DNA of 64,000 nucleotides from Gemmatimonadota bacterium (GTDB lineage: Bacteria; Gemmatimonadota; Gemmatimonadetes; Longimicrobiales; Gaopeijiaceae), in the NCBI GenBank assembly GCA_034521595.1, contig JAXHMG010000003.1, forward strand, positions 2,912,001 to 2,976,000, read 5' to 3'. Below are positions 11,636 through 20,323 of this stretch, piece after piece. A program made the position numbers and the translations under genes. Position 1 is the first letter of the stretch; each line of letters begins with the position of its first letter. Under the pieces are notes generated by a model. That model had not been told where the DNA came from, made no database searches, and saw only the letters and a program-made list of their open reading frames with translations.

Positions 11636-12235
11636 GTGATCGGACGACACCAGGGAGGGACGACGGAGAGGGGCAAAGCGACCGGCAAGACGGTGGCCTT
11701 GGCTGCGGCGGTCGGGGTGTTGACGTTGACGGGGCTGGCGTGCGCGTCCGGTGGGCCTCGCCCCGGTGAGGACGCCCGGGAGCTCCTGCGCTTGGCGGGC
11801 GGCCGCGACCCGAACCCGCCGCGGGACGGGAGCGAGCTGTTTCGAGTCGACACCGTCGACGCCCCCGCCGAGCGCACCTTCGGCGCGGCGCGCGACGCGT
11901 ACTCCGCCCTCGACATTCCCTTCTCATATTTCGACGAACAGGGGCTCCGGCTCGGCGGGTTCGTGCGGGAGCTCGACGAGCTCGATGGCGACGCGCCTTC
12001 GACGTTCATGGACTGCGGCCGCGGGGCGACGGCGGAGCAGTACGCGGACGTGTACAACGTGTCCATGGCCATCGGGACGCGCGTGCGGAGCCTCGATGCG
12101 TCGACTAGCACCGTCGAGACCGTGATTCGCGCGCGTGCACGGGCCCGAGACGTCTCCTCGAACCTGATCCGATGCAGCTCGTTCGGCACGCTCGAGGAGC
12201 GGATCGCTCGGCTGGTGGAAGACGAGGTCGGGTGA
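11636..12235 (+). CDS. Hypothetical lipoprotein
   Basis: GGAGG SD before GTG 11636; hydrophobic stretch and lipobox LTGLAC; Cys pair (MDCG, IRCSS). Confidence 0.7.
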   Translation: MIGRHQGGTTERGKATGKTVALAAAVGVLTLTGLACASGGPRPGEDARELLRLAGGRDPNPPRDGSELFRVDTVDAPAERTFGAARDAYSALDIPFSYFDEQGLRLGGFVRELDELDGDAPSTFMDCGRGATAEQYADVYNVSMAIGTRVRSLDASTSTVETVIRARARARDVSSNLIRCSSFGTLEERIARLVEDEVG

Positions 12236-12245
12236 GGGTCGGGCC

Positions 12246-13574
12246 CTACCGCCGCTCCACCACCATCGCGCACGCCATTCCGCCCGCCGCGCACACGGTG
12301 ATCAGGCCGAACTCCACGTCCCGGCGGGCCATCTCGTTCAGCAGGGTGAGGGTCACGCGCCCGCCCGTCGCCCCGAACGGGTGCCCGATGGCGATCGAGC
12401 CGCCCATGACGTTGATCCGCTCGAGGTCCGGGTGACCCGTCGCCTCGCTCCGGCCGAGCTCCTCCTCGGCGAAGGTCTTCGAGTCGAGCGCCTGCAGGTT
12501 CGAGAGCACCTGGCTCGCGAACGCCTCGTGCATCTCCATGAGTCCGATGTCCTTCATGGTGAGGCCCGCGCGGTCGAGCGCGATGGGCGCGGCGTAGGCC
12601 GGGCCTTGCAGGAGCTGCTCGCCGGGGTCGAGCGCCGTCCAGGCCCAGCTACGGATCCAGCCGAGCGGTGTGCGCCCCTCGGCCCGGGCGCGCTCCCCGT
12701 TCATGAGCACCAACGCCGAGGCGCCGTCGGTGAGCGGTGAGGCGTTGCCGGCGGTGACCGAGCCGAACTTCCGGTCGAACGCGGGCTTGAGCCCGGAGAG
12801 CGCCTCGAGGGAGGTATCGGTGCGGATGCCGTTGTCGCTTTCCACGACCTCGTCGTAGGCCGGCGGCACGTAGACGGTGACGATCTCGTCCGTGAGCCGG
12901 CCGTCTTCGGTCCCGGCGGCGGCCCGCTCGTGCGAGCGGAGCGCCCAGGCGTCCTGATCCTCGCGGGAGATGCCGTTTTGCTTGGCCATCCGCTCGGCCG
13001 CCTCACCCATGGTCTCGCCGGTCGTGGGCTCGGCGATGGCCGGGCTCACCGGCGCGAGGTGCTTCGGCCGGAGCCCTTTGAACGCGGCGAAGCGAGCGGA
13101 GACCGACTTGGCCTTGGACGCGGCTACGAGGGCCTTCGCCAGCCGGTCGCCGGCCAGGATGGGCACGTTGGAGAGCGACTCGGCGCCGCCCGCCACGACC
13201 ACCTCCGCCTGACCGAGCTCGATGAGGGCCGCCCCGTCGGCGATCGCCTGGTTCGCCGAGGTGCAGGCCCGGGAGACCGTTACAGCCGGCACCGCGGGCG
13301 GCAGGGTGCCGAGCCCGACCTCCCGTGCGATGTTGGGCGCCCGCACGTCGTGGACCACGGTGCCGTAGATCAGGTGATCGACATCGGGTGGCGCGACGCC
13401 TGCCCGGGCAAGGGCGTCCCGCACCGCCTGCTTGCCGAGGTCGATGGCGGTCAGGTCCCGGAAAACCGTGCCGGACCGCGCGAACGGGGTGCGGGCGCCG
13501 GCCACGATCGAGGTGTTCGAGCGGCTCGTGGAGGCCCGTCCGGCGGGCGCGTTCGTTCCTGTCGTCTCGGCCAT
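12246..13574 (-). CDS. fadI: Acetyl-CoA C-acyltransferase (FadI-like thiolase)
   Basis: RTPF, RACTSANQ, MHEAFA, GHPFGATG and CAAGG thiolase motifs. Confidence 0.9.
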   Translation of the reverse strand: MAETTGTNAPAGRASTSRSNTSIVAGARTPFARSGTVFRDLTAIDLGKQAVRDALARAGVAPPDVDHLIYGTVVHDVRAPNIAREVGLGTLPPAVPAVTVSRACTSANQAIADGAALIELGQAEVVVAGGAESLSNVPILAGDRLAKALVAASKAKSVSARFAAFKGLRPKHLAPVSPAIAEPTTGETMGEAAERMAKQNGISREDQDAWALRSHERAAAGTEDGRLTDEIVTVYVPPAYDEVVESDNGIRTDTSLEALSGLKPAFDRKFGSVTAGNASPLTDGASALVLMNGERARAEGRTPLGWIRSWAWTALDPGEQLLQGPAYAAPIALDRAGLTMKDIGLMEMHEAFASQVLSNLQALDSKTFAEEELGRSEATGHPDLERINVMGGSIAIGHPFGATGGRVTLTLLNEMARRDVEFGLITVCAAGGMACAMVVERR

Positions 13575-13776
13575 CGTCGTGCTCCGCTCACGGGTGGTCA
13601 CATCGGTGCCGCCTCACTGGGTGCCCCGGCCCGGGATCTAGGTCCGCGAGCGCCCGGGGACAAGCCCGCGACAGGAGTCGCGCAGCAACTCCGCAAGGCA
13701 TCATTCTTGCGTTAAAGTTGGGCATACATCGATCAAACGACTTGCATGCCTCCACCCCTCAGGAGAGGGTATTCAC

Positions 13777-14253
13777 ATGACCAAGACTCTTCGTGCCCTG
13801 GCCATCGCCGCCGCGTTGCTCGCCGTTCCCGCCTTCGCCCAAGCTCAGGCCACGCTCGGGCCGACGGTCGCCTATCACGACGACGCCGACTTCGGAGTCG
13901 GCGTCGCGCTCGGGCTCCCGCTGTCCGGCTTGGACGAGCAGATCGAATTCCTCGGAGACTTCTTGATCTTCTTTCCCGACACTCCGGGCTTGGACTTCTT
14001 CGAGATCAACGGAAACCTCACGTACGACTTTCCGATCGAAGACGCCGACGTCCTTCCGTTCGCCCTCGCGGGCCTGAACATCGCACGCTTTTCGGGTGAC
14101 ATGTTCAGCAATACGGAGATGGGCCTGAACGTGGGCGGCGGCATCAAGTTCGATGCCGGCTCGCTGCGCCCGACCGTGGGCCTCCGCTTGGAGCTCGAGG
14201 GCGGCGAAGGGTTCGTGTTCTTCGGGACGGTGCCCTTTACGATGGGCGGCTGA
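13777..14253 (+). CDS. Outer-membrane beta-barrel protein (OmpA/OmpW-like)
   Basis: Signal peptide AFAQAQ; amphipathic strands (EINGNLTYDF, GLNVGGGIKF); SD AGGAG. Confidence 0.8.
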   Translation: MTKTLRALAIAAALLAVPAFAQAQATLGPTVAYHDDADFGVGVALGLPLSGLDEQIEFLGDFLIFFPDTPGLDFFEINGNLTYDFPIEDADVLPFALAGLNIARFSGDMFSNTEMGLNVGGGIKFDAGSLRPTVGLRLELEGGEGFVFFGTVPFTMGG

Positions 14254-14274
14254 CGAAGTCGTAGCCGGATGACC

Positions 14275-14309
14275 AACGGCCCCCTTCTCCCCGCGAGGAG
14301 GGGGCCGTT
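14275..14309 (+). terminator. GC-rich hairpin, probable terminator after the OMP gene
   Basis: AACGGCCCCCTTCTC-CCCGC-GAGGAGGGGGCCGTT inverted repeat (one G-U pair); weak U-tail. Confidence 0.6.
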
Positions 14310-14347
14310 CGCGTGCTGTAACGGGTTGGTGACGGGGCGCAACGAGG

Positions 14348-15268
14348 GTGAGATCGGTCACTCTCGATCCCCTCTCCTCGGAGCCAGAGCCCATGTCCGG
14401 AGACGCGCCGCACGCCCCGCTCAGCATCCTGACCCACCCCTACACGGCACTGCATCCCTTCGACGGGGGCCGCCGCGCCCTCAAGGAAGCGGCTCGCGAC
14501 CCCGGGAGCGCGGTCGTCTGGCAGGTGGGCTCGGCCGAAGACCCACCCGAGGCGGAGCTACTTCGACGGCGCCCCGGAGGAATGGCCCTCCTCGTGGTGC
14601 TCCCTCACGCCGCGCGCATCTCCGGGAATCCCGAGCTGATCCGCCGCATCCAGGAGCTCCGGCCGCACGGCATTCTCCCTCGTTACGACGAGCTACGGCC
14701 CGTCGAGCTCGCGCACGTCCTCAGGCGCCCGCCCTTCGACCTCGCCGTGGACGTCACCGACTATATCGCCTGGCGTGGCCTCGAAGTCGACCAGGAGACG
14801 GTGCGCGTGATCCGGCGCATCGTCGAGCTCGCCGAAGAGTTGAAGTCGGTGACCGCCCTGGCGCGGAGCCTGTACATGTCGAGGCGAGCGCTCGGCCGGC
14901 GGTTCATGAGCCGGGGCCTCCCCGTGCCGTCCCACTGGCTGCAGATGGCGCGGCTGTTGCGGGTATCGTTGCGGCTCCAGAACAGCGATGCCAGCGTGTT
15001 TTCCGTGGCATGCGAGTTCGGATACCCCGACGGGTTCTCGGTCAGCAACCAGATGAGCCGGCTGTTCGGGTTCCGACCGACGGAAGTACGGGAGCGATTC
15101 GGATGGGAATGGATACTCGAAGCATGGCTGCGCCGGGAGGCGGAAGCCGGGGCGCTGACGCCGACCGTGGCGGGACGTGTGCGCGCGGAGGCGGACGATG
15201 AACCGGGGATGCCGCCGGCGATGCGCAAGCCCGCGCGGCCCGGTCGCAGAGTTCGGTCGGCCTCATGA
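14348..15268 (+). CDS. AraC-family HTH regulator with degenerate receiver-like N-terminus
   Basis: SVTALARSLYMSRRALGRRF...SVFSVACEFGYPDGFSVSNQMSRLFGFRPTE. Start may be ATG 14393. Stop overlaps the next ATG. Confidence 0.85.
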   Translation: MRSVTLDPLSSEPEPMSGDAPHAPLSILTHPYTALHPFDGGRRALKEAARDPGSAVVWQVGSAEDPPEAELLRRRPGGMALLVVLPHAARISGNPELIRRIQELRPHGILPRYDELRPVELAHVLRRPPFDLAVDVTDYIAWRGLEVDQETVRVIRRIVELAEELKSVTALARSLYMSRRALGRRFMSRGLPVPSHWLQMARLLRVSLRLQNSDASVFSVACEFGYPDGFSVSNQMSRLFGFRPTEVRERFGWEWILEAWLRREAEAGALTPTVAGRVRAEADDEPGMPPAMRKPARPGRRVRSAS

Positions 15269-18200
15269 CGGTCCCGATCCCGACGGGGGCCTGGGGCCGG
15301 AGTCGGCGGAGGGCACGGACGCCGCATGCCCATGACCACCGAGGAAGGCACGGGAAGAGCGTGTTGAACGAGGGGACCGACGCCGAAGGTGGCGTCCGGG
15401 TCGATCTGTTCGGGGGTCCCTCGGTATCGACCGATGACGAGGGTCTCGAGCTCACTCAGCAGCAGAAGGCGCTGCTCACGGTCCTGTTCGCTCACGGGCC
15501 CGAGGGGGTCGCGCGACCACGTCTCGGGTGGTTGATGTGGGAAGAAGACGAGAGCCCCCGCCTTCGCCAGCGCATCCGGCAGTTGCTCCACCGCACCCAC
15601 GAGCGGATCGGTCGCACGATCGTCGTCGCCGAGGACGACACCCTCAGGCCGGCACATGGGGTCTCCAACGATGTCGAACGGTTCGAGGGTTTGCTCCGGA
15701 GGGGGTCCCTGGCCGAGGCGGCCGGTCTTCTCTCCCACGGCTTCGCGCGCCGGCTCGGCACATGTCCAACGGATGCGTTCGAAGATTGGTTGGCGTCTCG
15801 ACGCACGAGGCTCCTCGAAGACCTCCGCAGGAGCGCCTCCCGTCGGTGGGACGAGACGTCCGAAGCCGGCCTCTGGGGCGAAGCGCGGGACGCCGCCGAA
15901 GCCCTCTACATGCATTTTCCCGCGGATGAGGCGGTCGTGGCCCGCGTGATCGAATCGCGAGCTCGTACCGGCAGCCTCGCGTCGGCCGAAGCGGTGTTCG
16001 CGCGGTTCCGCGCCTCCCGTGGTGACGAGGACGTTCCCGACGAGATCACGGCGCTCATGGAGCGGGCACGGAAGCTCCAGGCCGCGCCGCACATCGCCCT
16101 CCAGGAGGGTGAGCCTCACGCGCCGGTCGTGGGCCGAGGCGAGGAGATCGCCAACGCCCGCGCCGCGTTCGGGAACATGGGCGAGGGTGATTTTCGGTTC
16201 GTCCTGATCACCGGGGAAGGTGGGATCGGAAAGACCCGGGTGATCGAGGAAGTGAGGCGGGAAGCGTTGCTCGAAGGCTTTCGATGCATTCACGCACGCC
16301 CCTCCGAGCCGGAGCAGCGCATCCCCCTCAATCCGTTCGCGGACGCGTTCGAGGATGTGGATCTCGCCGGACATCTCAGGGCGCTCGGTGCTCCGTGGCG
16401 CTCCGTGATCGCATCGTTGCTTCCGATCGACGACGACGAGCCGCTCGAAGAGATCCCGCCGATCCAGGAGGCGCACCTCTCCCGACGGCTCATGGACGCG
16501 CTCTTCCTCCTCATGCAGCGGATCGCGGCCGAAGAGCCCACCATCCTCTTCATCGACGACCTCCAGTGGGCCGACGCCACGACGCTCACCGCGCTGCAGT
16601 TCATCCAGCGACGCTGGGAGCACGGTCCACTCGCCATCGTCGCCGCCGCGCGCGAGGACTTGCTCGAGGCATCCGAGCCCGGGAGTAACTATCTGTTCCG
16701 GAAGGACGACTTTCCGGTGGTACGCGTCGACCTGACCGAGCTCGATTCCGAAGATGGGCACCGCCTGGTCGACCATCTCATCGATGGACCCGTGGATCAC
16801 CACGTGGCCGCGCGCCTGTGCGAGCTCGCAGGCCTGCATCCGCTCTACCTCACCGAGCTCGCCAAGGACTTCGGCGCCGGCCGCTTGTCCTTGCCCGAGG
16901 TTCCCGTGGACGAGGTCGCGATCCCCGTATCACTCCAAGAGATCTTTCGGGCCCGTCTCCGCCTTCTTTCGTCCACTGCGACGAAGGTCGCCGGCCTGCT
17001 CGCCGTGCGCGCGAAGCCCATGCGCCTCGCCGAGATCGGCGAGCTCACGGGCCTACCCGTCGAGCACTGCGCGGACTGTGCAGAGGAGCTCACACGGCTC
17101 AGGCTCGTCGAGCTGGACAAGGATACGCTGCGGATCGCACACGAGCTCTTCCGAAGCGCCCTCTACCAGCACCTCAGCGAGGCGAGGCGGGCCGTGCTCC
17201 ACCGCGCCATCGCCGAGCAGCTCAAATCACGACCCGAAGAAGGGGTCGCCGGAGAGCTGGCCATGCACTACGCCCGGGCCGGCGAACGGGAACCCGCGGC
17301 CGAGCACGGGTGGAGCGCAGCCACCGCAGCCGTGGAGCACGGAGCGGTCGCGGAGGCCGCCTACTTCTTCGAGCTCGTCGTAGAGAACGAAGACGATGAA
17401 GGTCGGCGCGCCCGCGCTACAGCGGAGCTCGCCCGCGCGCTTCACCTCAACCGTGCAATCGAACGCGCGAACCCGTTGCTCGAGCTCGCCTCGCTCCGCC
17501 TCCGGCAGACGGGAGACCCGACACGCGCGCTCCGCATGGACATCCGGCGTGTCGAAGGCCTCGCCGAAGTCGGCAGCGCCCCCATCAACGATCTCATCGG
17601 TCGGCTGGCCGCCATCAAGGACGAAGCGCGCCAGATGGGAGATTGGGAAGCGCTAGCGTTGGCGTTGGATGCGGAGTTGCAGCTGCGGCACAGCACCGAA
17701 GATCTCCTGGGGATCCGTCGGTTGTTCGACGAAATGAGGCAAGTCACACGTGATGGGCCAACTGTCGCGTCAGCGATTGCCCATTCCGGCCTAGCACTGG
17801 GAATTCTGTTCGGCGATTACCGCGAGGCACTCCAATCGGCACGAACTGCAGTCCAAGAATGCGATCCCGAAAGCCAGCACAGGCTACGGATCCTTCTTAG
17901 GCTGCTCCTAGTTCTGCAGTATCAGGGATTGTTCTATTCCGCCGAAGCGACGGAACTGGTTCGGGAGGCGCGAAGCCTAGCAAAAACCAGTGGTGACTTG
18001 CTCTTGAGGTTCAACGTAGAAAGCAACGTGGCTGTAGCTCACTTGGATACTGGCGACTTAGACGCGGCTGAAGTCTTGATGGCTCAATCGACGGAGATGT
18101 TGGGCTCGGCAGAATTGAGCTTGAATCGGTTCAACCAGGCGAATAACTGTGGTGAATTGGCACTTGCGCAAAGAGACTACCCGAGGGCTAAACGTTGCTT

Positions 18201-18642
18201 TCATGACGCCGCCCAATACATCGGAATGCGAACGCCCCCTTACGCGGCGAAGCTAGTGCACGCCGGCCTGGGGCTTTGTGCAGCTGAAACAGGAGACCTA
18301 CGAACTGCGAAAGAACACGAAGCACAATTGTCTGATATGCCAACCTTCTGGTATTTCGACCCTACCTTGATCTTGGCATTTCGCAGTCGGATGCATCAGA
18401 CTCGGCAGGAGTACTCAGAAGCGAGCGAACTACTCGCAGTAGCCGCAGATGACCTGCAAGATAGATTGGTATTGGCTTGGTTGAAGATCAGGAAACTTCA
18501 TGCCCAGCTAGAAAGCAAACGGAACGTATACAGGGCCCAAGAATTGGCAGAGGAGGGGCTAGCATGTGCCCGTACATTGGGCCTAAAGCAAAGAACAAGC
18601 GAGTTTGCCGCCATCATTCGGAAGCTTAGTGACCGGCACTGA
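15265..18642 (+). CDS. Large STAND-type regulator: N-terminal wHTH/BTAD, AAA ATPase, C-terminal TPR-like helices
   Basis: VDLFGGP, DVERFE, FEDWL (SARP/BTAD-like); VVGRGEE; Walker A GEGGIGKT; Walker B ILFIDDLQWAD; GLHPLYLTEL; HELFR. Real start may be ~15361. Confidence 0.9.
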   Translation: MTVPIPTGAWGRSRRRARTPHAHDHRGRHGKSVLNEGTDAEGGVRVDLFGGPSVSTDDEGLELTQQQKALLTVLFAHGPEGVARPRLGWLMWEEDESPRLRQRIRQLLHRTHERIGRTIVVAEDDTLRPAHGVSNDVERFEGLLRRGSLAEAAGLLSHGFARRLGTCPTDAFEDWLASRRTRLLEDLRRSASRRWDETSEAGLWGEARDAAEALYMHFPADEAVVARVIESRARTGSLASAEAVFARFRASRGDEDVPDEITALMERARKLQAAPHIALQEGEPHAPVVGRGEEIANARAAFGNMGEGDFRFVLITGEGGIGKTRVIEEVRREALLEGFRCIHARPSEPEQRIPLNPFADAFEDVDLAGHLRALGAPWRSVIASLLPIDDDEPLEEIPPIQEAHLSRRLMDALFLLMQRIAAEEPTILFIDDLQWADATTLTALQFIQRRWEHGPLAIVAAAREDLLEASEPGSNYLFRKDDFPVVRVDLTELDSEDGHRLVDHLIDGPVDHHVAARLCELAGLHPLYLTELAKDFGAGRLSLPEVPVDEVAIPVSLQEIFRARLRLLSSTATKVAGLLAVRAKPMRLAEIGELTGLPVEHCADCAEELTRLRLVELDKDTLRIAHELFRSALYQHLSEARRAVLHRAIAEQLKSRPEEGVAGELAMHYARAGEREPAAEHGWSAATAAVEHGAVAEAAYFFELVVENEDDEGRRARATAELARALHLNRAIERANPLLELASLRLRQTGDPTRALRMDIRRVEGLAEVGSAPINDLIGRLAAIKDEARQMGDWEALALALDAELQLRHSTEDLLGIRRLFDEMRQVTRDGPTVASAIAHSGLALGILFGDYREALQSARTAVQECDPESQHRLRILLRLLLVLQYQGLFYSAEATELVREARSLAKTSGDLLLRFNVESNVAVAHLDTGDLDAAEVLMAQSTEMLGSAELSLNRFNQANNCGELALAQRDYPRAKRCFHDAAQYIGMRTPPYAAKLVHAGLGLCAAETGDLRTAKEHEAQLSDMPTFWYFDPTLILAFRSRMHQTRQEYSEASELLAVAADDLQDRLVLAWLKIRKLHAQLESKRNVYRAQELAEEGLACARTLGLKQRTSEFAAIIRKLSDRH

Positions 18643-20061
18643 CTAAGTTCGGGCACGCAGTGACCAAGTCGGACGCGTGCTCGCTATGGGGGCCGTGAGG
18701 TTCGCCGGCGTCGTGGGAAGCTTTGTACTGACTTCGTCGCATTCAGCGGGGCGACGTACGCGGTCCATGGTTACCGCATAGTCCTGGAGAAGATTGGTCT
18801 CCCGCAAGATCTTCACGATCTGGGGATCAAACTGGAGGCCTGCGTGCTCCAACAGCTGCTCTTCAACCAGTTGCAACGGGAGCGCAGGTCGATAGGGGCG
18901 ATCAGACAGCATCGCATCAATCGCATCACAGGCCACGATGATCTTTGCTCCAATGGGAATGTCATTACCGCGGAGGCCGTCAGGGTAACCTTCACCATCT
19001 TCGCGCTCGTGATGATGGCGAACGGATAGAACGACGGCTTCTGGAACCGATGACAGGTCACGTAGCAGTTGTTCCCCACGGGTCACATGTGACTCAATAA
19101 TTGCCCGTTCGTCTGCACTGAGCGACGAAGGCTTTTGGAGGATGTCCGTGTAGAGCGCCTCGATCTTGCCGATATCGTGAAGCAGGGCCGCCATTTGTAC
19201 CTGTTCTACCATCCGGCGGGGAAGTCCTAGCTCTTCTGCGATCTGGCCAGCAAGAATCGATACTCGTTGCGAGTGGCCTGACGTGTAGGGATCCCGCGTC
19301 TCTATGGCCTTCACAAGTGCTGTGAGTAAGTCTTCGTTGGCCTCCCGCAACTTTGCCGTATTGAGGTAAGAGTAGCGAATGAAGAGCATGGGAAGCAGCA
19401 CCACCAAGATCCCGACGATTCCGAACTGGACATAGAGGAAGGCCACCGCAAGGGCGATAGGGCTAATGAGAAGGTCATTAACACTGCCCCCAGAGTTCCT
19501 CAAGACGAGTTCCCACACGCGCCGGAATGGCAACCCTTGGCTAAATGCAATCGCAAGAGCAACTGCTGCGTGATTGATGCCCAGAAACAGAAGGCCAAAG
19601 GTCACGAATGGCCACAGCTGACCTGCCAGACTACTGCCCTCTACCCAGGCCGGCCCACGGAGTGCAAGGCCTCCTAGTAGGTGGAAAGCCCAGCCCGCAA
19701 CAGTCACGGCAACTAGGGCCTGAGCAACATTGAACGACCCCCTAAACAAGCCCTTCCGTCGGACAGCGAATTCGGCAAATGAAAGGGTTACAACGATGAG
19801 GAGCGCGCCCGCTTGCGGCCCAAACAGCTGGACAGCAGCGAGCAAAGGCAGGAAGGTAATCGACGATCGACCCTCAGATCCGCCAACACTCAGAGCAATC
19901 GCCACGGACTCTGACATGAGACCGATGGCTATAAGCGTCACCAATCCGAGTAGGCTCGCCGGTGACAGGTCGCCCAAGGCGCTCCAGTCGGTTATCAGGA
20001 GACAGCTTACAGCCATCGCCCAAATGAGTCCGACATATATGCGAACTTGACGTTCGTGCAT
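18643..20061 (-). CDS. HD-GYP phosphodiesterase with N-terminal multi-TM (MASE-like) sensor
   Basis: About 6-7 hydrophobic segments in the first ~230 aa; then RDPYTSGHSQRV, LLHDIGK, HHEREDGEGYPDGL, DAMLSDRPYR (intact). Confidence 0.92.
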   Translation of the reverse strand: MHERQVRIYVGLIWAMAVSCLLITDWSALGDLSPASLLGLVTLIAIGLMSESVAIALSVGGSEGRSSITFLPLLAAVQLFGPQAGALLIVVTLSFAEFAVRRKGLFRGSFNVAQALVAVTVAGWAFHLLGGLALRGPAWVEGSSLAGQLWPFVTFGLLFLGINHAAVALAIAFSQGLPFRRVWELVLRNSGGSVNDLLISPIALAVAFLYVQFGIVGILVVLLPMLFIRYSYLNTAKLREANEDLLTALVKAIETRDPYTSGHSQRVSILAGQIAEELGLPRRMVEQVQMAALLHDIGKIEALYTDILQKPSSLSADERAIIESHVTRGEQLLRDLSSVPEAVVLSVRHHHEREDGEGYPDGLRGNDIPIGAKIIVACDAIDAMLSDRPYRPALPLQLVEEQLLEHAGLQFDPQIVKILRETNLLQDYAVTMDRVRRPAECDEVSTKLPTTPANLTAPIASTRPTWSLRART

Positions 20062-20080
20062 ACTGAGAAACCCCCTCAGT
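20062..20080 (-). promoter_or_regulatory. Hairpin occluding the HD-GYP ribosome-binding site
   Basis: mRNA reads ACUGAG-GGGGUUU-CUCAGU immediately before the AUG at 20061; starts 4 nt after the peptide stop. Confidence 0.55.
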
Positions 20081-20084
20081 CCAC

Positions 20085-20159
20085 CTACCAGGTAACCAGT
20101 CCGCGATCAAAAATCGCGAAAACCGCGTCTATGGCGCCCATCAGTAGAGACACGAACAA
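20085..20159 (-). CDS. 24-aa Trp-terminated peptide MFVSLLMGAIDAVFAIFDRGLVTW (below the ORF-track cutoff)
   Basis: Perfect SD TAAAGGAGGTGA (20166-20177), 6-nt spacer, TTG start at 20159, TAG at 20085-20087; lies between two same-strand genes. Confidence 0.75.
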   Translation of the reverse strand: MFVSLLMGAIDAVFAIFDRGLVTW

Positions 20160-20323
20160 TTGCGCTCACCTCCTTTATGGTGGTGTCGGTCTCCGAAGTA
20201 ACCGCTGTGGAGTACCGCATGCGCTTCGCTCTACCGCTCGCCTTCGCTCTTAGGTTAGGCGGACCGAGGGGGCTCGTTTTTCTCCGTGGTGCGGGTGTAC
20301 AAGTAGGGACCTGCGGTCCCGCC

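Noticed and set aside
15265-18642. STAND ATPase as an Avs-type antiphage system
   Set aside because: The N-terminus is wHTH/BTAD-like with no nuclease, TIR or SIR2 effector, and it is coupled to an AraC gene; a regulatory role fits better.
20085-20159. Peptide as a lasso, lanthipeptide or ComX-type RiPP precursor
   Set aside because: No maturase, prenyltransferase or exporter is adjacent; the uppS 7 kb away has its own operon context.
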